Assembly (NCBI GenBank): GCA_038496445.1
Contig: JALMLS010000355.1
Span: 31,008 to 95,007 of the forward strand
Origin: Trichosphaerium sp. ATCC 40318
Lineage: Eukaryota; Protista; Tubulinea
Direction: 5' to 3'
Length of the DNA stretch: 64,000 bases
Part shown: positions 27,990 through 40,749 of the stretch, one piece after another
Layout of the letters: each line of letters begins with the position of its first letter
How positions within the stretch are numbered: the stretch's first letter is position 1
Translations under genes and position numbers: made by a program
The notes under the pieces: model-generated
Told to the model about the DNA's origin: nothing
Database searches by the model: none
What the model saw: only the letters and a program-made list of their open reading frames with translations

Positions 27990-30900
27990 ATGTATCGTAT
28001 TATCCTGTTGGTTTTAATTACGTTGTTCTGCGCTTGTTGCGGTCAAAAAACAATTAAAATATCAGCTGTATTATCTTTAACAGGAGAACCTGGTTCAATT
28101 CCAGTGTATGTAGACAACCGACTACGCATTGGGATGGAGTACGACTTTTTTTAATACTTTTACTTTTGGTAGTGACAAAATTAACGCTTTATTCCTTGTA
28201 ATAGGCTCTACGTGGAACGTATTAACAGTCTTGGCTATATTAAAGTTGGTGGAGATAACTACACTGTTGAACTGAATATAATTGATGGAGAGGATAATAC
28301 AGCAAAAATTGTGGACCATTACGAGCAGTTGTGCCAACAGATCAAAAGCGTCAATGGCACAGAGAATCACTTTTTGGTTACTTCTAATGCGCCTCAACAC
28401 TCTGTATTCGTCTCTAATGCACTAGAAATCCTTGAATGCCCATCAATAAACGCTGGATCCGAAATAGAAATTATTTGGCGTGGATTCTCTGGACAGCATA
28501 ATCTTACAATTCCTTTGGGTCTGTCGCCAACAAAGTACGTAATACCGCACTTTGGTGTTTTATTAATTGTTTTGTTGAATTTAAGGGCTTTCAGCACTAT
28601 GCTTCCTTTTTTGCGTATTCAACGGATGAAAAAAGCTGTTCTTGTTTGCGAAAAAATACATGCTCTTATTGAGAGCTCAAATTGTGACGCACGTGATTTT
28701 TTTTGTGTCCAAACTTGGTTCTTTTTATTTTCTCATTTTCTGAACAAACTGCAACTTTTTTTTTTTAACTCGCTGTTTTTAGACGCTTGTGAAGGACTTG
28801 CCACGTTTATACGGTTTGGAAGAAACTGCAAGATATAGTGTTACAGATGGAGTTGTATCAGCCCTGCCCGAATTTCTAGATCCAGAGAGAGTAGCAAACT
28901 GGACAGCGACTGCAGATCTCATTTACCAGGTAATCTCCATTCTTTTGTTGTTAAACACGAAGTGAGTGACATTGTTTTAAGAATCACAAGGATGCTGATG
29001 TTATATTTTTTGGCTCTCCTGGTGTAACTCCGCTATTTCTTTTGCGGAGGTTCATTGAGATTGGATGGTTTCCAAAACTTTTTGTGGGTGCTTCTGCAGA
29101 TGGTTTTTATAGCGAATTTGAAGGTACGTACAACTTGTCCTCAATATTGTCTAACATATTAGCTCTTCTTGAGATTGTCCCATTGAAATACCTTAACCTT
29201 TTAAGTGGTTTGACAAGAGTAAGTGTTATCAAGGTATAAGTATTCGACTCACTTTTGTTAGTTTGTTACATCTTCAAGGTTTAGTAAAGATGAATACACT
29301 GGATACGATCTTGCTGATTTTATGAAAGCGTACAAGGACAAAACAAACGAAACATTAGCTATAGCTGCCCCTATAATGGGGTTTCTGGCACCAATGATGT
29401 GGGTTGAATCTATAAAGGTACAACAGCGTACGTATACTTCGCAACCTAATTCTTGAATAGAAAGCCGAAACTCTTGACCACATGAAAGTATTCAGCGCTC
29501 TTCGTACATCAGAGTTCGATACATTCAATGGTCAATACTCGTGGGATCCAGGTAACTGATTCTGTTTGTTAGTAAATAATATTTATGTCTATCAGAGGAT
29601 AATTCTAATCGATGGGATCCGTACTACATTCAAGTTCAAATCCCAAATGGTTCTGATAATGCCACGGATGCTCTAAAAGTTCTAGCTCCTCTTGGTGCCA
29701 CAACAAACTCTGAACTTGTCTATCCAATACCTCAACCCCACGAACGTTTTGTCACTGTCGAGTTTGGTGCGCACCAGGGAATTATGAAAGTTATCTAACA
29801 TAACTCAGGACGTGCCAGTGAAATCATAATGAGTGTACTCACTATCATTGCGGTTCTTATAACATTTGCGTTTTGTGTGTTTGTGGGAATGGCAAGAAAC
29901 CATAGAGTTGTGAGAGGATCGTCTGTCAACTTTTTACTATTGGTCGCTTTTGGAGCTATTTTAATGCTTTGTACAAACTTTGTTTGGTTTCCATCACAAT
30001 GGACAACATTCACATGTCATTTGGCATTCTATACATTTAATATTGGCTTCTCCATCATGTTTGGGTACTAGAACCTTTAGCGACTTTTTATTCACTGATA
30101 TTACAGTTTTTGGTTATCGCATTTTGACTAACTTCTTTGTACTTAGATCACTGTTTGCAAAGTCTTTGCGTGTTGTAATGATCATGCGACAAGCGGACAA
30201 GCTGAAAGTTATAATTGTGTCTGATGCACATGTATTTTTCTACGTATTACTATTTGTTGGAGTTGACTTGGTACTATGTTTTTTTGCTGGTTAACTGTTT
30301 TACATTATTTTCTCACATCAACAAGGTACTTTTAGTATTGTATTCAATATTAGCGAATCCACAGAGTGTATTGAACTACCCTGATCCTTATCGTTTGGAT
30401 ATGGCGTACAAAACATGTGTTACAAAGAATGAAACAACAAACACAGTTTTTATTGCACTCTTCGCTTCTTACAAGGTAATGCTCCAATTGCGCTTGTTAT
30501 TATGTACTCATACTTTCTATGTAGTGCTTGTTGATGTTGGTTGGCATTTACACTGGATGGGAAGTACACTACATCAAATACAAACACTTGAATGAGAGCA
30601 AAGTGATTGCATTCGCATTGTACAATGTGATATTCTTTGCTGTCTTGGGTTTTGGATTCTCATACGCTCTCAATGATGACAGTAATGAAACAACAAGATA
30701 TGGCCTTTATGCTTTAAGATCGTTGTCAGTGATACTCGCTGCAGGTACGTAATACCTATCAAGGAACAGAAATAAGTTCTTACTCTTTTTTTAGGACTAA
30801 CAATTGTTGCTTTGTTTCTTCAAAAGATTCTCCTCATCAAGGGTCTGCTGGAAGATTCTTCTTCTCCGAGTTCCTCAGGAACAGCATCTGATCCTCAATT

Positions 30901-31048
30901 GGAAATTCCTGATATTGATTCAATGACATCTAGAGCGAATTCAGAATGGGAGAAAAGATACCTTGAAGAGAAGAATAAAACTGCAAAACTGAGAAAACGA
31001 GTTGCAAAATTAAAAGCAAAAGTGATCGAATTAGAAAATCAGAAGTAA
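27990..31048 (+). CDS. Class C (family 3) GPCR, GABA-B/Grl-like, copy 1
   Basis: Signal peptide, IKISAVLSLTG periplasmic-binding/Venus-flytrap N-terminus, 7TM motifs RGSSVNF, IGFSIMFG|SLFAKSLRV and LNESKVIAFALYN, C-terminal coiled coil. Confidence 0.9.
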
Positions 31049-31529
31049 TCTAAACCTGTTGTAAATAAACAAAAGTACATGTATATACGAACAAATAAAT
31101 TACCGTAACATAAACAAGAACAACATAACCAACATGAAGTTACCTCCATTCAACAACTCATCCAAAAATTATAAGTAATATTATCTTATTCTCGAGATTA
31201 TTCTACAGTTCTTTTGGTTTTCTTTTGCGGGATACTACACCATTCTCCGTAGTTAAATTTCAAAAAGAACATAGTATTCTTATCATATTCTTTGATAGGC
31301 ACTTGTTTTCAGGTAGGTTCGAAGTACAAGCAGTTTTTGCTCCCAAAAAACATTGATGTTTCACGCTAAAGTACCTATTTTGGATGTTATTTTTTTGACC
31401 CAAACTCCGCCATACTTAAGAAGAATAAAAAGAGCACGTGAAGAAAACTACATACACGTGAAGTAACGAGAAAAGTTTTCCGGCGATATTCAAGCAATCT
31501 ATTCAATACAATCATTTGCGTTTTTGGTA

Positions 31530-34500
31530 ATGTACCGTATTGTTATAATAGCGCTTGCAGCGTACCTCTACACTTGTTGCGGTCAAAAAACAATTAAAAT
31601 ATCAGCTGTATTATCTTTAACAGGAGAACCGGACTCAATTTCAGTATTAATTGACAACCAGCTACGAATTGGAATGGAGTACGCAGTTTTAAGTAGTTTA
31701 TTTTCGAAAGAAACCAATAACGCTTATTCGCTCATGAAAGGCTCTACGTGGAACGTGTTAACAGTCTTGGCTATATTAAAGTCGGTGGAGATAACTACAC
31801 TGTTGAACTGAATATAATTGATGGAGAGGATAATACAACAAAAACTGTGGGCCATTACATAGATCTGTGCCAACAGATCAAAACTGGCACAGAGAATCAC
31901 TTTTTGGTTACTTCGCTTGTACCTCAACACTCTTTAAACGCCTCTATTGCATTAGAACGCCTAAAATGTCCGTCAATAAGTGCAGGGTCTGAAATAGATA
32001 TCACGTGGCTTGGAACTAAACAAACAAAGCACAATATGACAATTCCTTTAGGGCTATCTCCTACGCGGTTCGTAGTGTTTTATAGTATTTGTAAGAGCTA
32101 ATTATTGTTTTGTTGAATTTAAGGGCTTTCAGCACTATGCTTCCTTTTTTGCGTATTCAACGGATGAAAAAAGCTGTTCTTGTTTGCGACAAGTTAAGCC
32201 CACTTGCAGAAAACTCAAATTGTGACGCACGTGATTTTTTAATCAAAACTTTTTGAAATTCTCTTTTTTTTTTTGAATGAAATGGAACTTATTCGTTAGA
32301 AATTCTTATTCGTTTAGGCACTTATGGACGAGTTGCCACGTATATATAATGTGCAACCTACGAGATACGAGGTTTTACCAGGGCTTGTATCGCCTACGCT
32401 TGGGTTAATGGATCCACAGAGAGTGGCGAACTGGTCAGCGACTGCAAGCATTATTTATCAGGTAAAGTGTATATTGATTTTTTGATTATGTTGATTTTGT
32501 TTCTTTTAGAACAATCAAGATGCTGATGTTTTATTTTTTGGGTCTCCCGGTATATCACCTGTATTTATTATACGAAGATTTGTAGATCTTGGATGGTTTC
32601 CTAAACTCATTGTGGGTGCTTCTGCTGATGGTTTTTACAGCGACCTTGGAGGTACTATTATTTTTTTGTGCGTCTTGATGTCTAACATTCAATATTATAG
32701 ATCTTTCTAACATTGTCCCACTGAGATATATGAACCTTATAACCGGGTTGACTAGAGTACGTTTAAAGGATGTATCAGATTTACGGTTAACAACTTTTAG
32801 TTCGTAAGAACTTCAAGGTTTAGCAAAGATAAGTACACTGGATACGATCTTGCAGCTTTCATGGAAGCATACAAGAATAAAACAAATACAGAATTGCCTC
32901 TCGCTGCTCCTATAGCGGGCTTTCTATCATCAATGATGTGGGTTGAATCTATAAAAGTACAAATATCGTCGATAGTACTCCAGTAAACTAATGTTTCTTA
33001 CAGAAAGCTGATACCCTTGATCACATGGAGGTACTCGATAAGCTTCAAAGGTCAGAGTTCAATACATTCAATGGTCAATACTCATGGGATCCAGGTAACT
33101 GATTCTGTTTGTTAGTAAATAATATTTATGTCTATCAGAGGATAATTCTAATCGATGGAATCCATACTACATTCAAGTTCAAATGCCAAACGGTTCTGAA
33201 AATACGACAGATGTTATTAAAGTTCTAGCTCCTCTGGGTGCCACAACAACATCTGAGATTGTGTATCCAATACCTCAACCTCACCAACGTTTTGTATCAG
33301 TCGAATTTGGTAACACAAAAAATTACTCCTTACTTTTTTAGTTAATGGTAACATAGGACATACAAGCGAAATCGTGATGAGTATACTCACTGGCATTGCG
33401 ATTGTAATAACATTTGCGTTTTGTGTGTTTGTGGGTTTGGCAAGAAACCATAGAGTTGTGAGAGGATCGTCAATCAACTTTTTATTATTGGTTGCTTTTG
33501 GAGCTATTTTAATGCTTTGTACAAACTTTGTTTGGTTTCCATCACAATGGACAACATTCACATGTCATTTGGCATTCTATACATTCAATATTGGATTCTC
33601 CATCATGTTTGGGTACTAAACCTTTTACTCACTGGTATTACAGCTCTTTACTTACTTTTTTATTCTTAGATCACTGTTTGCAAAATCTTTGCGTGTTGTA
33701 ATGATCATGCGACAGGCAAACAAACTCAAAGTTGTTGTTGTATCTGATACACATGTCTTCTTCTATGTTTTGTCATTCGTACTTGTGGATTTAGTAAGCA
33801 TATCTTACGCTGACAATTACTAACCCACCTAGGTACTTCTTATACTATACTCGATAATAGTAAATCCTACAAGTAAATTGAACTACCCTGATCCTTATCG
33901 TTTGGATATGGCGTACAAAACATGTGTTACAAAGAATGACACAACAAACACAGTTTTTATTGCACTCTTCGCTTCTTACAAGGTACTGCCACAATAGCTC
34001 TTTTATTTATTGTTTCTGTGTAGTGCTTGCTGATGTTAGTTGGTACCTACACTGGATGGGAGGTACACTACATCAAATACAAACACTTGAATGAGAGCAA
34101 AGTGATTGCATTCGCATTGTACAATGTGATATTCTTTGCTGTCTTGGGTTTTGGATTCTCATACGCTCTCAATGATGACAGTAATGAAACAACAAGATAT
34201 GGCCTTTATGCTTTAAGATCTTTGTCAGTGGTACTCGCTGCAGGTACGTAATACCACATCAAGGAATAGAAGTAAGTTCTTACTCTTTTTTAGGACTAAC
34301 AATTGTTGCTTTATTTCTTCAAAAGATTCTCCTCATCAAGGGTCTCTTGGTCGATTCTTCTTCTCCCAATAGCTCGGGAACCAAATCTGATCCTCCATTG
34401 GAAATCCCTGAAATAGCAGTGATGGCATCAAGAGGGCGTTCAGAATGGGAGACAAAATACAATGACGAGAAGAACAAAAATACTCAACTACGGAAACGAG

Positions 34501-34589
34501 TTAGAAGATTAAAAGCAACTATAACTGAACTAAAAAACCACGTTGAAGAATTGAAAAGTAATAATGAAGCAAAAACTGTTGTAATTTAG
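31530..34589 (+). CDS. Class C GPCR, copy 2
   Basis: Same exon structure and motifs as copy 1. Confidence 0.9.
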
Positions 34590-34823
34590 GACAAAATGTA
34601 GAAGGAAAATAATAAGAAAAAAAAATCAACAAAACCTTAGGTACACGTGATTACTCAATTAAACCGATATCTGGTGGTATGGTACTAGAGTGTACCAGTT
34701 AACCCATCATATTAGCGAAAGACTAGATTTTTTTTGGCACGTGCGAAAAACGTTGATGCACGTGAAAACTGCGTAATTTTTAAAGTAATAAATAAATTCA
34801 CAAATCTCTTCGCAATTGTGGCA

Positions 34824-37800
34824 ATGTATCGTATTGTCCTGTTGGGTTTAATTACGTTGTTCTGCGCTTGTTGCGGTCAAAAAACAATTAAAATATCAGC
34901 TGTATTATCTTTAACAGGAGAACCGGACTCAATTAGAGTATTCATTGGCAACCAGCTACGAATTGGAATGGAGTACGCAGTTTTAAGTAGTTTATTTTCT
35001 AAGGTAACCAATAACCCTCATTCGCGCGTGACAGGCTCTACGTGGAACGTGTTAACAGTCTTGGCTATATTAAAGTTGGTGGAGATAACTACACTGTTGA
35101 ACTGAATATAATTGATGGAGAGGATAATACAATAAAAACTGCGACCCATTACAGGGATCTGTGCCAACAGATCAAAAGCGGCAATGGAACAGAGAATCAC
35201 TTTTTAGTTACTTCACCTGTAGCTCAACACTCTATAGTCGCCACTGATGTACTAGAAAGCCTTGAATGCCCATCAATAAACGCTGGATCTGAAATAGACC
35301 TTATTTGGCGTGGATATAAGATGCGCCGCAACCATACAATGACAATTCCTTTGGGTCTATCTCCTTCACGGTAAGTGCGTTTTACAGTATTTTTAAGAAC
35401 GTGGTTAATTGTTTTGTTGAATTTAAGGGCTTTCAGCACTATGCTTCCTTTTTTGCGTATTCAACGGATGAGAAAAGCTGTTCTTGTTTGTGAACAAATA
35501 GATCCACGTATAGATAGTACAAATTGCGATGCACGTGATTTACAAATTTAATTTTTTTTTGATGGGAATTAAGAATAACATCTTGTTCTGTTTTAGATGC
35601 TTATAGAAGAGTTACCAACTATATACGGGATAGAACCTACAAAGTATGAAGTCATAAATGGGTTTGTTTCTATCATAGGCTTTAACGATACAGAGAGAGT
35701 GGCAAACTGGACAGCGACTGCAGATCTTATTTACCAGGTAATCTCTTTTCTTTTGATTTGTTTTTTGCCTGACTTTGTTTTCAGAACAACCGAGATGCTG
35801 ATGTTATTTTTTTTGGGTCACCTGGTGTAACTCCTTTATTTATTTTCCGAAGATTTGTTGAACTTGGTTGGTTTCCGAACCTTAATGTAGTTGCAGCAGC
35901 GGATGGATTTTATAATGAACTTGATGGTACAACTATTCTTAGAAAAGAATACTGTGTTAACTAGTATCTTACAGCTATTCTCGACATTGTTCCACTGAGA
36001 TTCTTAAACCTTGCTAGTGGTTTAACAAGAGTACGCGAATACAGTGGAGATCATAATGTTTGTTTAACTTTACAACTTAGTTTGTTACATCTTCAAGGTT
36101 TAGTAAAGATGAATACACTGGATACGATCTTGCTGATTTTATGAAAGCGTACAAGGACAAAACAAACGAAACGTTATCAATACCTATACCAATAATGGGT
36201 TTTCTATCAGCAATGATGTGGGTTGAATCTGTAAAGGTACAAGCAACAACATTCACAAAAATGACATATTCAGCAGCTAACGTTCATGTAGAAAGCTGAT
36301 ACACTTGATCACATGGAGGTATTCGATAAGCTTCAAAGATCAGAGTTCAATACATTCAATGGTCAATACTCATGGGATCCAGGTACTTGATCGCTTGTTT
36401 TTTCCTCCGTACATTCTTTGCACTCATTAATGTATCAGAGGATAATACAAATCGATGGGATCCATACTACGTTCAAATTCAAATTGCAAATGGTTCTGAA
36501 AATACGACAGATGTTATTAAAGTTCTAGCTCCTCTGGGTGCCACAACAAACTCTGAACTTGTCTATCCAATACCTCAACCTCACCAACGTTATGTGTCAG
36601 TAGAATTTGGTACAAAAAATTACTTGTTACTTTTATAGTTAATGGTAACATAGGACATACAAGCGAAATCGTGATGAGTATACTCACTGGCATTGCGATT
36701 GTAATAACATTTGCGTTTTGTGTGTTTGTGGGAATGGCAAGAAACCATAGAGTTGTGAGAGGATCGTCAATCAACTTTTTACTATTGGTCGCCTTTGGAG
36801 CTATTTTAATGCTTTGTACAAACTTTGTTTGGTTTCCATCACAATGGACAACGTTCACATGTCATTTGGCATTCTATACATTTAATATTGGATTCTCCAT
36901 CATGTTTGGGTACTCACAATACTTTATTCTTACTACAGCTATTGCATTTTTACTAACTTCTTTATTCTTAGGTCCCTGTTTGCAAAGTCTTTGCGTGTTG
37001 TAATGATCATGCGGCAGGCAAACAAACTCAAAGTTGTTGTTGTATCTGATACACATGTCTTTTTCTATGTTTTGTCATTCGTGTTAATTGATTTGGTACA
37101 AGTCCACCTAAACATAAATATATCTAACATCCAAAGGGGCTACTAATACTATACTCAATCACAGTAAATCCTACAAGTAAATTGAACTACCCTGATCCGT
37201 ATCGTTTGGATATGGCGTACAAAACATGTGTTACAAAGAATGACACAACAAATACAGTTTTTATTGCACTCTTCGCTTCTTACAAGGTACTGCTCCAATA
37301 TCGCTTGTTATTTTATTCATTCTTTCTATTGTAGTGCTTGTTGATGTTATTTGGCATATACACTGGATGGGAGGTACACTACATTAAATACAAACACTTG
37401 AATGAGAGCAAAGTGATTGCATTCGCATTGTACAATGTGATATTCTTTGCTGTCTTGGGTTTTGGATTCTCATACGCTCTCAATGATGATAGTAATGAAA
37501 CAACAAGATATGGCCTTTATGCTTTAAGATCTTTGTCAGTGGTACTCGGTGCAGGTACATAACAATAAAGTAATGTGCGTGCTCACTGTTTGCCTGTTTC
37601 TAGGGTTAACAATTGTTGCTTTATTTCTTCAAAAGATTCTCCTCATCAAGGGTCTCTTGGTCGATTCTTCATCTTCAACTACCTCAGGACAAACATCTGA
37701 TCCTCAGTTGGAAATCCCTGAAATAGCAGTGATGACATCAAGAGGGAATTCAGAATTGGAGAAGAAGTACGCTGAAGAGAAAGACAAAACTGCTAGATTG

Positions 37801-37893
37801 AGGAAACGAGTTGCAAAATTAAAAGCAAAAGTGATTGAATTGGAAAGTCAGAACAAATCTCAAACTGCTGTACCTACTATACGTAAGGACTGA
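34824..37893 (+). CDS. Class C GPCR, copy 3
   Basis: Same exon structure and motifs as copies 1 and 2. Confidence 0.9.
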
Positions 37894-38083
37894 AACTAAC
37901 GTAATTGTGAGCGTGTATAATGAGTGATGTAAGTGTTATTGTCAATAAAATATCACGTGGTAAATGTGTTCTTGAATCTCAAAAAACATTCAAGAAATAC
38001 CGTTATAGCCTAGAAAGCCTATTCTCGCGTACAACACAGCTAGGTATAACGTTTTTATTTGTATTCCATACATTACTTCAAAG

Positions 38084-40373
38084 TTATTTTGGAACAGAAG
38101 CGATTTTCACTTCCTTGGTTCGTAACGTATAAGGGTAAATAGCTTGTCTCAACTTAGGTACAAAGAATGCAACAATCAGAGCTACAGCAATCTACATAAA
38201 CTTTAGTTTGTAAATCAAAAGATACAACGTACAAGTACAAGAATACCAAATGTAACACCTAATGCTATCCCAACATTTGCTGATCCTTTTTTATCATCAC
38301 ACCTATCAGATCTTGATGTGATCACGACAACACTTGCAAAAATTAGTGATTAGTGAAAGGTAGTAATAGTTTGGAAACCATACGATGAAAGAGTCTGCTC
38401 AAGCTCTGCCAACACACATTCTGGTGAAAGAACTGTAAAAGTACCATTGATACAGTTACTGTTGCTTCGTATTACTTCTCTTCTTGTCTCACCAACACTT
38501 GTACTATTATCACGTGTGAGGTCTATAATGAATGTTGTATTTGGTGGTATAACAATACATCCTAACAAAGAAAATGAGTGTAAAAGAAAACCTCTTGCCA
38601 TACCTTCAACTTGAAGAAAGCCACCAGGAATAATTGTAGCTGTGTCTGAGTTAACAAAGTCACCATTTATTGTCAAACGACCAGACAGCACTATTTCAGG
38701 TGGGAGAGTACCCACTGTTGGTGCGGGTGTTGGAGGAATGAAAGTTTTGCCTTCACAAGTAACTATTCAACATTGTAAGCGAGCGAATACAGTATAAACT
38801 ATACCATTAGCTTGACAATCTACAAAATATGTGGTGATATCAGAGTAGCTGCAGCCACATGTAAGATTGGTTGGTGTTGAAGGACAATCAAAAACACCTC
38901 CAGTATCTATTTCATAATTAGTACAATACAATTGCTTGTGCAGTACTATTGTTGAGGCTGTTTTCGAATGTTGTTGTATTTCTAAACATGACATTTAGTA
39001 TTCTTACTGTGTTGTTAGTTAGTGTACCTGATTGTAATGTCCATGGAAGAGCCAATCATTGCAGGGGATATTGTAGTTGTTGAATTATTTTGTACTTGTT
39101 TTCTAGAAGTAGGAATCAGTTATTTCAGTTGACTATTTAATTTAGTAGAACATTACACGCATGTAGTATTCTCAAATACACATGAATCTATGTCTGCTGA
39201 TCCACCGTTCGATATGCTCTCTAAAACCAACACTCCGACTATTACAGGTGATTAATATGGCGCTTGGATAGAACACGTGTACCAGTACATCTGTCCTCAA
39301 AAGGCTCAACTTCTTCCATAGTATTTCCAATAAAAGTAGAATTTAATATCTGTACATCATCTGAATTTAAGTATACTAGCGAAGCAGAGTATGCATTCAT
39401 TGCTATAACATAAGTTCGAACAAGTGCGATTGCATGTATTGTACCTTTTCTTGTTGAAACTATGTAATTGTCCTTGAACAAACAAGAGTTGATTACAACC
39501 TAAACAAACTTTAGCAGGTTCAAACAAAAATAAACGTACTTTAGGGACACTAATGAACGTAGCAATAATTCCTTCCCCAAACAATTATCATCAAAAAACT
39601 ACGATTTATATTACCTTGTCCTTCCATTCTGTCAAAAAACAACCCTCCTCTGATATTGTGAATGAATTTACAGTTGATCACTGATACTGTTTCCGCTGTT
39701 TCAATCCATAATCCCAAAGGGTCAGCAAGTCTTACTATATCCTCAATCTCTTGAAAAAATGAATCGAGTACAGCAACGTTTCGGCTGTTTACTATTTAAC
39801 ACAAAGACGAATTTAATTATACGTGCCTATCAACTACTTGCATGAATGCTCTGTTGCCTTTAACTACCATATTCCTAACCAAGCGATCAATCAATAACAA
39901 AACGCTTTTGTAAAATCAATGTAAGGTTTGTACTCTAAGGTAACATTTTCAAAGTTCAGAAATCTTATTTGACAACCCTCTAGCGTAAATCCTGATAGTG
40001 ATATACTTAGGTTTGGTCCATCTAGCGCGGCTTGAAGTGCGCACGATACAGTTATACCCATACCAAGTCCTATAACGTATTATAATCCATGTAACTGCTA
40101 TCTCTTTACCATCGATATGTATGCTTTCCGAAATTTGGTTCAGAATTGTAGCAAACGTTAATCCAGTAGAATTGAGAATAAGTGTTGTTGGCGCTTCCTC
40201 GAGATAACAACCCATATTATCACCACAAACATGTTCACTTGAAGTTATGACTAATTTGGTAAAAATTAGCGAATGCCCTTTTGGTTGAAAGTAATCGTAC
40301 TTGTGTTGCCGTTGGTTGGTACCACAAATGCGAAAATCAAGAAGACGATACAGAAATAAAACAAGCTCATCAT
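38084..40373 (-). CDS. Single-pass surface protein with beta-helix-like repeats, copy A (divergent, shortest stalk)
   Basis: MMSLFYFCIVFLIFAF signal; VxxxNCxFxxN / xxSCxFxxN coils; PPTPAPT stalk; GDFVN..GGFLQVEGC..CINGTF..C domain; TM; tail VPKLRQAIYPY..SVPK*. Confidence 0.8.
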
Positions 40374-40749
40374 TAACGTAGGTTATACGCTGTATAGGTG
40401 TTAAAAGGTAGAAGAAAGTAAAGATTATTTAGTAAAATAAAAAATAAACGCACGTGATACTTCGGCCAACTATTTTAGAAAAAATGAATTCTACGCTATT
40501 GTGATTTGTTATAATTTTAGTTTTCGCTCCCAGACGCGCTACTACTTGATCTCTCGTTAAACCGGGATTAAAAAAAGCCGCGGCAAAATTAATACTTTGA
40601 CAACAAAGAAAGTAACATTTGACTTCAAACAAAACCATCCACACGTTTGTGTCTGAAAGTAACCCTTGTTGTGAGGTTTTTTTGTTTATTCTTGGGCAAA
40701 GTCCAAAGATAAAAAATCGATTGGGACGATGAGTATTTTAGTGTTAGGT

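Noticed and set aside
38900-38945. In-frame TAA/TGA in the surface proteins suggesting stop recoding
   Set aside because: Resolved by ~40-nt GT-AG introns with a TACTAAT branch-like motif; genes terminate at TAA, TAG and TGA normally.
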